Below, piece by piece: positions 9,451-17,031 of a stretch of 20,198 nucleotides of DNA. Within the stretch, counting starts at the first letter, position 1; each line of letters starts with the position of its first letter. Location: IMG/VR virus record IMGVR_UViG_3300028833_000129; one strand, given 5' to 3'. The position numbers were made by a program, and so were the translations under genes. The notes below the pieces were generated by a model, which saw only the letters and a list, made by a program, of their open reading frames with translations, was not told the DNA's origin and did not search any database. This stretch comes from an uncultured virus (IMG/VR IMGVR_UViG_3300028833_000129). Taxonomy: Duplodnaviria > Heunggongvirae > Uroviricota > Caudoviricetes.

Positions 9451-10218
9451 ATGGATAACCTGAAAAAATTCTATAATATATTAAATTATGAAATGGCAGT
9501 GCTTAACTATCCGGCAGTGTCATGGCTTCAAGAAGAAAATAAAATTATATTTGACCCTGCATTTGGTGGCTTAACAGTATATTATTATATCACTGACACT
9601 GAAAATGAGGTAACGCTATTTAATGGTAGAGGTAGTAGCAGTAGCAGCAGTTCTGAAAGTGGTGGCGGTGGTGCACTACCAACAAGAATGATTGTAGATG
9701 GAAATAATGAGGTGGTCATTAATACTTGGCGTTTTGACACTGAGGGCGAACACATTGTTCAGTATACATTTGAAAACAATGAAATACCGGCGGAGTTTCT
9801 ACGTAACATTGATGGTAATTTGGCTGAAATCACCAAAATTGAGATTGGTATAGATATAACAGCCATACCTGATGCGCCAGAGTTTGGTGGGGCTTTTTCT
9901 TTTAACGGTTCGCTTACAAGTGTGACAATATCAGATAGTGTTACAAGTATTGGTAGTAGTGCTTTCGATAGTTGTAGCAGTCTACAAGAAGTAACAATAC
10001 CAAGTGGTGTTACAAATATTGGTGATGGCGCTTTCAGTGAATGTGGTGGATTACAGAGCGTAACAATATTAGCACCAACACCTCCTACATTTGGAGCTTA
10101 TCCATTTGGAAACCCTTACGGCCCCTCATTCCCTATATATGTTCCTGCTGATTCATTAGGGGCTTATCAGAATGCATTGGGAGATTATACTAGCAGAATC
10201 CAAGCAATACCACAATGA
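9451..10218 (+). CDS. BspA-type LRR protein (short array)
   Basis: LTSVTISDSVTSIGSSAFDSC repeats, cap PTPPTFG..IYVPADSL..RIQAIP, and an N-terminal LKKF..YE.A.L.YPAVS motif shared with 12027. Confidence 0.8.
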   Translation: MDNLKKFYNILNYEMAVLNYPAVSWLQEENKIIFDPAFGGLTVYYYITDTENEVTLFNGRGSSSSSSSESGGGGALPTRMIVDGNNEVVINTWRFDTEGEHIVQYTFENNEIPAEFLRNIDGNLAEITKIEIGIDITAIPDAPEFGGAFSFNGSLTSVTISDSVTSIGSSAFDSCSSLQEVTIPSGVTNIGDGAFSECGGLQSVTILAPTPPTFGAYPFGNPYGPSFPIYVPADSLGAYQNALGDYTSRIQAIPQ

Positions 10219-11048
10219 ACATAGCGATATTTACAGTAGTGAAGGACGAATTGGATTATCTAGATGATTTTCTAAAATATCACATACAAATGGGAATTGA
10301 TGTTTTCATTTATGAGGACATCTTTTCCCACTCCCACAAGGAAATAACTGATAGATATGATAACGTATATCTTCACTCTGTCGCTGAGTTGTATAATGAT
10401 GAGGAATTGCCCCAATTAATTAATGACCGGACAAATAAAATACCATCCCAAACTGAATTTATAAACAGGGGATTAAGGTATATTCATTCGTTAAATAAGT
10501 ATGATTGGTGTTGGCTCATCGACATTGACGAATATATAACCTCAACAGAGCCAATTTCAGACGTTCTGGAGCGTTTTTCTGACAGGGATGCAGTATTGGT
10601 CTATTGGCGCAATTATGGCGCAGCAGGGAGGCTTTATAAGCCCATTTATGATAAGCCAATATGGGAGATATTCACAGAGCCTTGTGGCTATGAATTGTAC
10701 AGTGACTACAAATACTTCAAAATAACCAAGTTCTGTGTAAATATGAACAGATATAAGCCAACGATGAAGTATTATATCCACAATGCTCCGGTGAATTGGA
10801 TAAAGGTAGATGGCACTTTTAAACGGACGCAACCGGTTTATGAACCATTATATCTTAGACATTATATCACCAAGTCAGCAGAAGAATGGTGCTGGAAGGT
10901 CTACATAAGGGGAATGCATCATAATGGGCATCGTCAATGGAAATCATTGTTCGAAATGTGTCCGGATATTAAAGATAAATTGGAAAAAGATAAAAACTTT
11001 TTTCCCTACTTTAAAGAAAAGTATGGGATAGAGTTATCAAAAATTTAA
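10215..11048 (+). CDS. GT-A fold glycosyltransferase (GT2/GT92-like)
   Basis: IAIFTVVKDE..YLDDFLKYH..GID start, WCWLIDIDEY (DxD motif), VYWRNYG and YLRHYITKSAEEW. ATGA overlap with the upstream gene. Confidence 0.85.
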   Translation: MNIAIFTVVKDELDYLDDFLKYHIQMGIDVFIYEDIFSHSHKEITDRYDNVYLHSVAELYNDEELPQLINDRTNKIPSQTEFINRGLRYIHSLNKYDWCWLIDIDEYITSTEPISDVLERFSDRDAVLVYWRNYGAAGRLYKPIYDKPIWEIFTEPCGYELYSDYKYFKITKFCVNMNRYKPTMKYYIHNAPVNWIKVDGTFKRTQPVYEPLYLRHYITKSAEEWCWKVYIRGMHHNGHRQWKSLFEMCPDIKDKLEKDKNFFPYFKEKYGIELSKI

Positions 11049-11057
11049 AATAAAGAT

Positions 11058-11993
11058 ATGAAAATAGGAAATTTAGATATATCTAGCATAAAGGTGGGAA
11101 GTGCTGACTGCAAGGTGTACCTTGGTGATGTTAAATTATATCCAACAACATTCCCTGGCAGATGGCTTGCAACATATACCGGTGGTACAACATCATCAGG
11201 AGATTGCAACGCTTCGTCAGCTATTACACAGAATCAAATATCAAAAAATAACCTTGTTAGTGTGGAGATAGGTGAATGCACAAAAATAATTGATAGGCAG
11301 GCCTTTGCAAATTATACTTCCCTTTCAAGTGTAACGTTTTCTAATAGCGTTACTACTATTAATAACAGGGCTTTCAGTGGCTGTACAAACATTAGAACAT
11401 TAGATATACCTGATAGTGTGACAGCAACAACTGAATGTTGCGCATTTGCCCATTGTGAAAGCCTTACAGATGTAAAGGTAGGAACAGGTGTAACAATACT
11501 TCCTGAATATTTTTTTGGCGATTGTTATCAACTTACCGGAGTAACATTAACTGATAGTCTTATAACCCTTGGCAGAAGTGTTTTCTATAACTGTAGAAAC
11601 CTTAGAAGTATAACAATACCTAATAGCGTTACAAGTATTGGACATGAGACTTTCTATGGCTGTAGTAGATTGACAAGCTTGACAATACCTGATAGCGTTA
11701 CAACCATTAGTGGTGATAGTACTTTTCAAGGTTGTAGCAGCCTTACAGGTTTAACAATAGGCAGTGGCGTTACAACCATTGATGGAAGATACACTGTTAG
11801 TGGATGTAGCAGCCTGCAATATATAGCAGTAGCAGCATTAACACCTCCAACACTTAGTTACACACCATTTGATGGCACAAGTTGCCAAATACTAGTGCCA
11901 CAACAATCGTTGTCGCAGTATAAATTAGCTAGGTATTGGAGTAATTACAGGAATAGATTGCAAGGCTATAACCCACTTTACCCACCATTTTAA
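11058..11993 (+). CDS. BspA-type LRR protein
   Basis: About eight LRR units with a TPPTL..ILVP cap. N-terminal MKIGNLDISSIKVGSADCKVYLGDVKLYP leader followed by the WLATYTGGTTSS module. Confidence 0.85.
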   Translation: MKIGNLDISSIKVGSADCKVYLGDVKLYPTTFPGRWLATYTGGTTSSGDCNASSAITQNQISKNNLVSVEIGECTKIIDRQAFANYTSLSSVTFSNSVTTINNRAFSGCTNIRTLDIPDSVTATTECCAFAHCESLTDVKVGTGVTILPEYFFGDCYQLTGVTLTDSLITLGRSVFYNCRNLRSITIPNSVTSIGHETFYGCSRLTSLTIPDSVTTISGDSTFQGCSSLTGLTIGSGVTTIDGRYTVSGCSSLQYIAVAALTPPTLSYTPFDGTSCQILVPQQSLSQYKLARYWSNYRNRLQGYNPLYPPF

Positions 11994-12026
11994 TAAAATA
12001 ATTTTACAAAAAAAATAATATAATCT

Positions 12027-13040
12027 ATGAAGTTTATAAAGAAATTTTCAAGCATTGAGGAATATGAAGCTGCTGAGTTATCATATCCGGCAACATCATT
12101 GGTCAGTGGAACTGTGATATATGATAAGGAAGCCCCTGCACCACCTACATTCCAAGGCAAATGGCTTGCAACATATACCGGAGGAACAACATCATCTGCT
12201 GAGTGCGATAGTTCGTCAGCAATAACAGATGGTGAAATAAGCAAAGAAAACTTAGTAAGTGTTGAGATTGGCGATTGTGTTACTAGTATTGGTGATTATG
12301 CTTTCATAGGTTGTAATGCTCTTACTAGTGTAACAATACCAAATAGTGTTACAAGTATTGGCAATGAAACTTTCGAAGGTTGTAGCAGCCTTGCAAGTGT
12401 AACAATACCTGATAGTGTTACAAGTATTGGTGATTTTGCTTTCTATTATTGTGACGGCCTTACAAGCATAACAATAGGAAATAGCGTTACAAGCATTGGC
12501 ACTGCTACTTTCCAAGGTTGTAGCGGCCTTACAAGTATAGAAATACCTAACAGTGTTACAAGTATTGGTAATGATGCTTTCAATGATTGTAGCAGCCTTG
12601 CAAGTGTAACAATACCTGATAGTGTAACAAGTATTGGTGAAAGTGCTTTCAATAGTTGTAGCAGCCTTACAAGTATAGAAATACCTAACAGTGTTACAAG
12701 TATTGGCGATAGTGCTTTCGATAGCTGTAGCAGCCTTACAAGTGTAACAATACCAAGTGGAGTTACAGAAATTGGTAGAAATGCTTTCCAATTTTGTAGC
12801 AGCCTTACAAGCGTAACAATACCAAATGGCGTTACAAGTATTGGCGATAGTGCTTTCTTTGAATGCGCCGGTCTTACAAGTATTACTGTTAATGCAACAA
12901 CGCCTCCAACATTGGGAGGTGGTAGTGTATTTTACGATACCAACGACTGTCCAATATATGTTCCGGCTGAATCAGTTGACGCTTATAAAGAAGCTGATTT
13001 TTGGAATTTTTATGGCGATAGAATCCAAGCAATACCTTAA
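12027..13040 (+). CDS. BspA-type LRR protein with a highly regular array
   Basis: Nine near-perfect 23-aa units SVTSIGxxAFxxCSSLTSVTIP and cap ATTPPTLG..CPIYVPAESVDAYK..RIQAIP. Confidence 0.9.
   Translation: MKFIKKFSSIEEYEAAELSYPATSLVSGTVIYDKEAPAPPTFQGKWLATYTGGTTSSAECDSSSAITDGEISKENLVSVEIGDCVTSIGDYAFIGCNALTSVTIPNSVTSIGNETFEGCSSLASVTIPDSVTSIGDFAFYYCDGLTSITIGNSVTSIGTATFQGCSGLTSIEIPNSVTSIGNDAFNDCSSLASVTIPDSVTSIGESAFNSCSSLTSIEIPNSVTSIGDSAFDSCSSLTSVTIPSGVTEIGRNAFQFCSSLTSVTIPNGVTSIGDSAFFECAGLTSITVNATTPPTLGGGSVFYDTNDCPIYVPAESVDAYKEADFWNFYGDRIQAIP
12277..12890 (+). repeat. 69 bp tandem coding repeats
   Basis: Recurrent GTTACAAGTATTGG-N7-GCTTTC-N6-TGTAGCAGCCTT pattern at 69 bp spacing. Confidence 0.85.
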
Positions 13041-13075
13041 ATGAGGGGGCTGAATAATTTAAATTAAAAAATAAT

Positions 13076-13109
13076 ATGGGGAAGATGGCAATACCATTCC
13101 CCATTTTTT
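13076..13109 (+). terminator. Rho-independent terminator closing the adhesin block
   Basis: ATGGGGAA(G)ATGG-caata-CCATTCCCCAT stem followed by TTTTT. Confidence 0.75.
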
Positions 13110-13133
13110 GTGTGTTAATGTATGTTAAAATAA

Positions 13134-13143
13134 AATATGTTTA
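13134..13143 (+). promoter_or_regulatory. AATATGTTTA motif copy 4 (candidate late promoter)
   Basis: Exact copy between a terminator and the portal gene. Confidence 0.55.
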
Positions 13144-13198
13144 TTATATAAAAAATATTTTTTAATAATAAAATAATAATTTTATAATAATAAAAATA

Positions 13199-14449
13199 AT
13201 GGAAAATACAAAACCAAAAAGGGGAAGGCCCGCCGGTTCAAAAAACGTTGCCAAAAAAACGGGAGGTGGCTTGCAAATATTAAAGATGGAAAAACAGGTT
13301 GAGGGCAGTCCAATAACAAGGAGCAGTTCGATGGGATGGATTAATTGGGGCGCTCACAACGATTATCCAACTCAGCTTCTTAATTTATATAATGAATCAC
13401 CAACGCATAGGGCCGCCATTAACTTTGGCGTTCAAAGCATAGTGGGCAATGGTGTGGACTTTGATGCGATGGGACTTGATGGAAGCCAAACCGTACCAAA
13501 TGCTTATGAATCATGGGATAGCATAATAAAAAACCTCGCCACAGACTATCTAATCTTTGGCACATATTATTTAGAAATTATATTAAATAGGGACGGAAAA
13601 ACATATAGTTTCTACCATATGCCGGCTGATAAAATTAGGTGGGGAGAATTCGATGATGATGGACTTATTACAACCTATTGGTGCTGCAATGATTGGTCAA
13701 ACACCGGTATGAATCCCCCATTTGAGATTGACGCATTTGACACAAGGGAAGAATTTAAAATTGATAAGGGCAAACCATATTTATATGGGTTTAGACAATA
13801 TTCCCCGGCAATGGTAGCCTATTCACAGCCCCATTATCAAGCCGGTATTAAGGCTTGTCAAGCAGAAATAGAGTATGTAAATTATGACCTAAAACATATT
13901 GTAAATGGATTCACAGCGGCAGGCGTACTCACACTTCCTGAAATGGAGACTGATGATGAGAAAAGAGCCATAGTTAAAAACATTCAGTCGATGTTCACAT
14001 CAAGTGACAACACCAACCAAATAGCAGTAACCTTCAGAAATAATATAGAGGAAAAACCGGTAGAATGGACACCATTTACAAATGGCAATACAAATGTAAA
14101 TACATACGCTGATGCGAATGAACGAACGATAAGTCGCATATTGGCTGCTCACCAAATCCCTAATGCTTCACTTATTGGTCTGCCTGATTTAAATGGCAGT
14201 GGTTTTGCAAGCGAAGCTGACAAACTTGAAACAGCATATCAGTTGTATAACAAACTTACCGGCAATGCGAACAGAATGGCAATCATCAGAACGCTTAACC
14301 AAATGTTTAAAATGAATGGCGTTGATACCGAAATAATAATGAAGCCATTGTCCTTTAATGACTTTGGCAATGATGCGAATGTGGCTGAGAGAACGAACTC
14401 TACAGCACCAAATATTAATGAAAATAATATCGAAGAAAAAGTAGAATAA
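13199..14449 (+). CDS. Portal protein
   Basis: 416 aa with WG..NDYP..LL.LYNESPTHRAAI, DYLIFGTYYLEII, NGF.A.GV and IL.AHQI....LIG motifs typical of portals in this phage group. Confidence 0.85.
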   Translation: MENTKPKRGRPAGSKNVAKKTGGGLQILKMEKQVEGSPITRSSSMGWINWGAHNDYPTQLLNLYNESPTHRAAINFGVQSIVGNGVDFDAMGLDGSQTVPNAYESWDSIIKNLATDYLIFGTYYLEIILNRDGKTYSFYHMPADKIRWGEFDDDGLITTYWCCNDWSNTGMNPPFEIDAFDTREEFKIDKGKPYLYGFRQYSPAMVAYSQPHYQAGIKACQAEIEYVNYDLKHIVNGFTAAGVLTLPEMETDDEKRAIVKNIQSMFTSSDNTNQIAVTFRNNIEEKPVEWTPFTNGNTNVNTYADANERTISRILAAHQIPNASLIGLPDLNGSGFASEADKLETAYQLYNKLTGNANRMAIIRTLNQMFKMNGVDTEIIMKPLSFNDFGNDANVAERTNSTAPNINENNIEEKVE

Positions 14450-14453
14450 TATT

Positions 14454-14993
14454 ATGATAATTAATAAAGAATATTTTAAGAAATACAGTCCCATCCCCCT
14501 TAATTATAATATGGATGAGGTGATGCTGTATATACCGGTGGCAACTAAGATATGGGTCAGGCCATTAATAGGGCAGTATTTGTTAGAACAAATTGAGCAT
14601 CAAGTGAAGGCAAACGAAGTATCTGAAGAAATCGCAACGCTTCTTACAGAAGGTGGGCTATGGCAGTACTTATGTTACGCCACTGTCTTTGAAGCCCTAC
14701 CACTGCTGTGGGGAAAAATATCAGAGGTTGGTATTGTCAAGGGCAAGTCTGACAACTCTGACAGCCTATCTCTAAAAGATATGACATATATATCAGACCA
14801 CATTCGTAGACAAGTGGAGGTTCTTAAAGAACAGGTATTGCAGTTCCTTTGTGAACACTGCCAATCATATCCAACGTTTGATACATCAGCTTGTGGTTGT
14901 GACTGCGCTTGCAATAACAATAAAGCACCAATACCGCCAAATCCAAGGTACTTGATATATGGTCTACCAAAAAGATTTACAGACCTAATATAA
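14454..14993 (+). CDS. Putative head-tail adaptor/connector
   Basis: 179 aa directly after the portal. I...YFKKYSPI..N....V..YI..A....V.PLIG..L pattern and KISEVGIVK..SDNS, with a Cys-rich tail. Confidence 0.6.
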   Translation: MIINKEYFKKYSPIPLNYNMDEVMLYIPVATKIWVRPLIGQYLLEQIEHQVKANEVSEEIATLLTEGGLWQYLCYATVFEALPLLWGKISEVGIVKGKSDNSDSLSLKDMTYISDHIRRQVEVLKEQVLQFLCEHCQSYPTFDTSACGCDCACNNNKAPIPPNPRYLIYGLPKRFTDLI

Positions 14994-14997
14994 TTAA

Positions 14998-15029
14998 ATG
15001 CCGGAGAAAAACTCTCCGGTATTTTTTTT
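14998..15029 (+). terminator. Rho-independent terminator ending the structural module (possibly bidirectional)
   Basis: ATGCCGGAG / CTCCGGTAT stem followed by a T run, between convergent genes. Confidence 0.8.
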
Positions 15030-15035
15030 GTTACA

Positions 15036-15108
15036 TAAAGCCATAAGAGGCGTTTAAAATCTCTTACCTTATACTTATACCATCCAAGGGGTATTAACGC
15101 CTCTACGC
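15036..15108. repeat. Dispersed ~70 bp hairpin-type element, copy A
   Basis: AGAGGCGTT (15046-15054) / AACGCCTCT (15096-15104) arms. Direct similarity to 16812-16863. Confidence 0.65.
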
Positions 15109-15513
15109 TTACTTCCTAATAGAATACAAGCATTCTAACAACTCCTTATCATTCATTTTAAAATAAGGAACCAATTTTCCACCACTGCTGTAATAGTAAA
15201 CGATGTACTTATCAAAAACTTTGTTAAGTTTATGCCCGCCAAAGTTCTTAAATAATACCTTTGCAACACAACCGGCATCAGCACAACTGAAAGCCCAATT
15301 TCCAAATGCTGAATCACTAGGGTAAAGTTCAAACTCTTCATCCCTAAATCTATCACCATCTAGAACAGTGATTTTAAATACTTCAAACCATTCAGAAAAA
15401 CCATCATCATCAAGGTGCTTCTGTTTCGCAGCATAAATTGCCAACTTATCATCCCTATAAATCTGTGACAAATTAACGCCTTTTCTTCTAATTTCCTTTT
15501 CTAACCTTATCAT
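15109..15513 (-). CDS. Hypothetical phage protein
   Basis: 134-aa ORF with an A/T-rich leader and a W/F-rich motif (FEVF..E.YPSDSAFGNWAFS). Confidence 0.75.
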   Translation of the reverse strand: MIRLEKEIRRKGVNLSQIYRDDKLAIYAAKQKHLDDDGFSEWFEVFKITVLDGDRFRDEEFELYPSDSAFGNWAFSCADAGCVAKVLFKNFGGHKLNKVFDKYIVYYYSSGGKLVPYFKMNDKELLECLYSIRK

Positions 15514-15549
15514 ATTATATTATAAAATGCTCTATTTCTTATAGGAAGT

Positions 15550-15619
15550 GCTCTACAATCGATTTGTATATATGGGGTGGACAACTATACCACCCCATAT
15601 TTTTTAATGGCTTGTAGAC
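15550..15619. repeat. Dispersed ~70 bp hairpin-type element, copy B
   Basis: Perfect 11 bp inner stem ATATGGGGTGG/CCACCCCATAT and outer TCTACAA/TTGTAGA arms. 15550-15567 is an exact inverted copy of 16869-16886. Confidence 0.7.
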
Positions 15620-15650
15620 TGTTAAAATGGTTAATAAATAAATTCTTTTT

Positions 15651-15690
15651 AAAAGCCCCCTGCACCAGTATCACTACTATCAGTGGGGGC
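15651..15690 (-). terminator. Terminator-like hairpin for the minus-strand gene trio
   Basis: On the minus strand: GCCCCC...AGTA-GTGA-TACT...GGGGGC followed by TTTT. Confidence 0.6.
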
Positions 15691-15730
15691 ACAAATATCG
15701 TTTAATTTATAATTTTTTTTTATGTTTTTG

Positions 15731-16039
15731 TTAATCCTCTAGTTCTTTTAGTTCATTCAGTATTGCAACATATTCAATTTCTTCGGCTTTATTTGCAAAT
15801 GGCTTATTATGCACAAAATCGTATATATTTTCCATGTCTTTTATTGAATAGTCACATTCTGCTACATTGCTAATTGAATATGCAATTTCCTTTAGATAGT
15901 TTAACCTGTCTACAACATCTTCATCAATTAAATCTAGATAGTCGCTAATTTCACAGTCCATTTCGATTGATTCATTAATCTCTTCTTTGCATGCTTCTAG
16001 CAATTCCTTCGTTATTTCTGTAAATCTTTCTCTAGTCAT
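15731..16039 (-). CDS. Hypothetical acidic protein
   Basis: 102-aa ORF, co-oriented with its neighbours, A/T-rich leader. Confidence 0.7.
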   Translation of the reverse strand: MTRERFTEITKELLEACKEEINESIEMDCEISDYLDLIDEDVVDRLNYLKEIAYSISNVAECDYSIKDMENIYDFVHNKPFANKAEEIEYVAILNELKELED

Positions 16040-16074
16040 AATTAAAAAATTTTAAATGGTTGATAAATAAATAT

Positions 16075-16335
16075 TTAATTGTTAACTTTATACCATTCAA
16101 CATGCATACTGTAATCATAATCTTTTTCTCTATTGATTACAACATAGTATTCACCACCAAGTCTATCGCTAAGAAGTTTTTCTACTAGGTTTGCAAGTGA
16201 GCCTGCATTCATATAAAGCCAATCATAAGCAGCCTTGCTAATTTCAACTATAATTACGTCACCATTGTTACAAATCTTATTGACGATGCTTTCAGCAGTC
16301 TTGTTTACATTTTTTCTGTAAATTTTCATTTTCAT
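16075..16335 (-). CDS. Hypothetical protein
   Basis: 86-aa ORF in a compact minus-strand operon. Confidence 0.7.
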   Translation of the reverse strand: MKMKIYRKNVNKTAESIVNKICNNGDVIIVEISKAAYDWLYMNAGSLANLVEKLLSDRLGGEYYVVINREKDYDYSMHVEWYKVNN

Positions 16336-16356
16336 AATTTTTATATTTTAAAAATT

Positions 16357-16653
16357 TTAAATTGATAATCCTTCTGAATAATAATAATAGTTGCAATCTG
16401 TTGCTTCTGTAAGACACTCTCCTAACAGATAAATGAAATTCTCCCATTCTTCAAGGCTTTCTTCGCCATAGTTAGGAAGTGTAGGACTTCCAAGTTTCTC
16501 CCAAAGTGCCTTGCAATCAGTGTAATGAAATAGGCAATTTGGTGTTCCATCTTCATCTTTTTGGTTGTGATAGTTTTCTACAATCTGCTTAAACTCTTCA
16601 CTCTTCTTTACAAGGCTCTTTATTACCTTTTCTACCTTACTAATCTTTTTCAT
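16357..16653 (-). CDS. Hypothetical protein
   Basis: 98-aa ORF, first gene after the putative minus-strand promoter. Confidence 0.7.
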   Translation of the reverse strand: MKKISKVEKVIKSLVKKSEEFKQIVENYHNQKDEDGTPNCLFHYTDCKALWEKLGSPTLPNYGEESLEEWENFIYLLGECLTEATDCNYYYYSEGLSI

Positions 16654-16702
16654 ATACTTTAAAAATTTTAATTTATGATTTATGTGATAACCTTTTTACA
16701 TT

Positions 16703-16760
16703 TGCGAATATAATAAAAAAAAATGAGAAAAATAAATTATTTTCGTTAAAAGATGTTAAA
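16703..16760 (-). promoter_or_regulatory. Putative Bacteroidota-type promoter with upstream TTTAAC tandem box
   Basis: Minus-strand TATATTCGCA (near-match to TAnnTTTG), preceded by a T-tract and TTTAACATCTTTTAACGAAAAT. Confidence 0.55.
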
Positions 16761-16811
16761 AAAATTAAGTTCTTTTTCACATACGCATGCATGCGCGTAC
16801 ATTTCTTTATA

Positions 16812-16886
16812 TAAAGCCCAATAGGGCGTTAAAAATCCTTGGCCTTATACATTGCCCATCCAACATAAACAAATCGATTGTAGAGC
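16812..16886. repeat. Dispersed ~70 bp element, copy C
   Basis: The left two thirds align with copy A (TAAAGCC..GGCGTT.AAAT..CCTTATAC..CCATCCAA). The right end is an exact 18 bp inverted match to copy B. Confidence 0.7.
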
Positions 16887-16960
16887 TTCTATGATAGCAG
16901 CCGGTGCATTTCTGTTAAATAGTGTTAAATGATGGCCGTCGATTTCTTTTTTAATTTTAT

Positions 16961-16976
16961 TTTTTGTAAGATTGCA
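16961..16976 (+). promoter_or_regulatory. Putative Bacteroidota -7 promoter box
   Basis: TTTTTGTAAGATTGCA, nearly identical to the box at 17251-17266. Confidence 0.55.
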
Positions 16977-17031
16977 CTGTATCGATACAGCTAGATTAAA
17001 AATTTATGTTTAATTAAAAAAATTATTTAAA

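Noticed and set aside
3338..12791. Long antisense ORFs over LRR genes (e.g. 3338-3880, 12252-12791) and other shadow ORFs
   Set aside because: They are by-products of repetitive codon usage on the coding strand and fully overlap well-supported genes.
12277..12890. Tandem repeats as a CRISPR array
   Set aside because: The repeats are in-frame 69 bp LRR coding units without unique spacers, and no cas genes are present.
16830..16860. dif/Xer-like site (TGTATA core on the minus strand of element C)
   Set aside because: The XerD arm TTATGTTAAAT is absent; the similarity is limited to the core.
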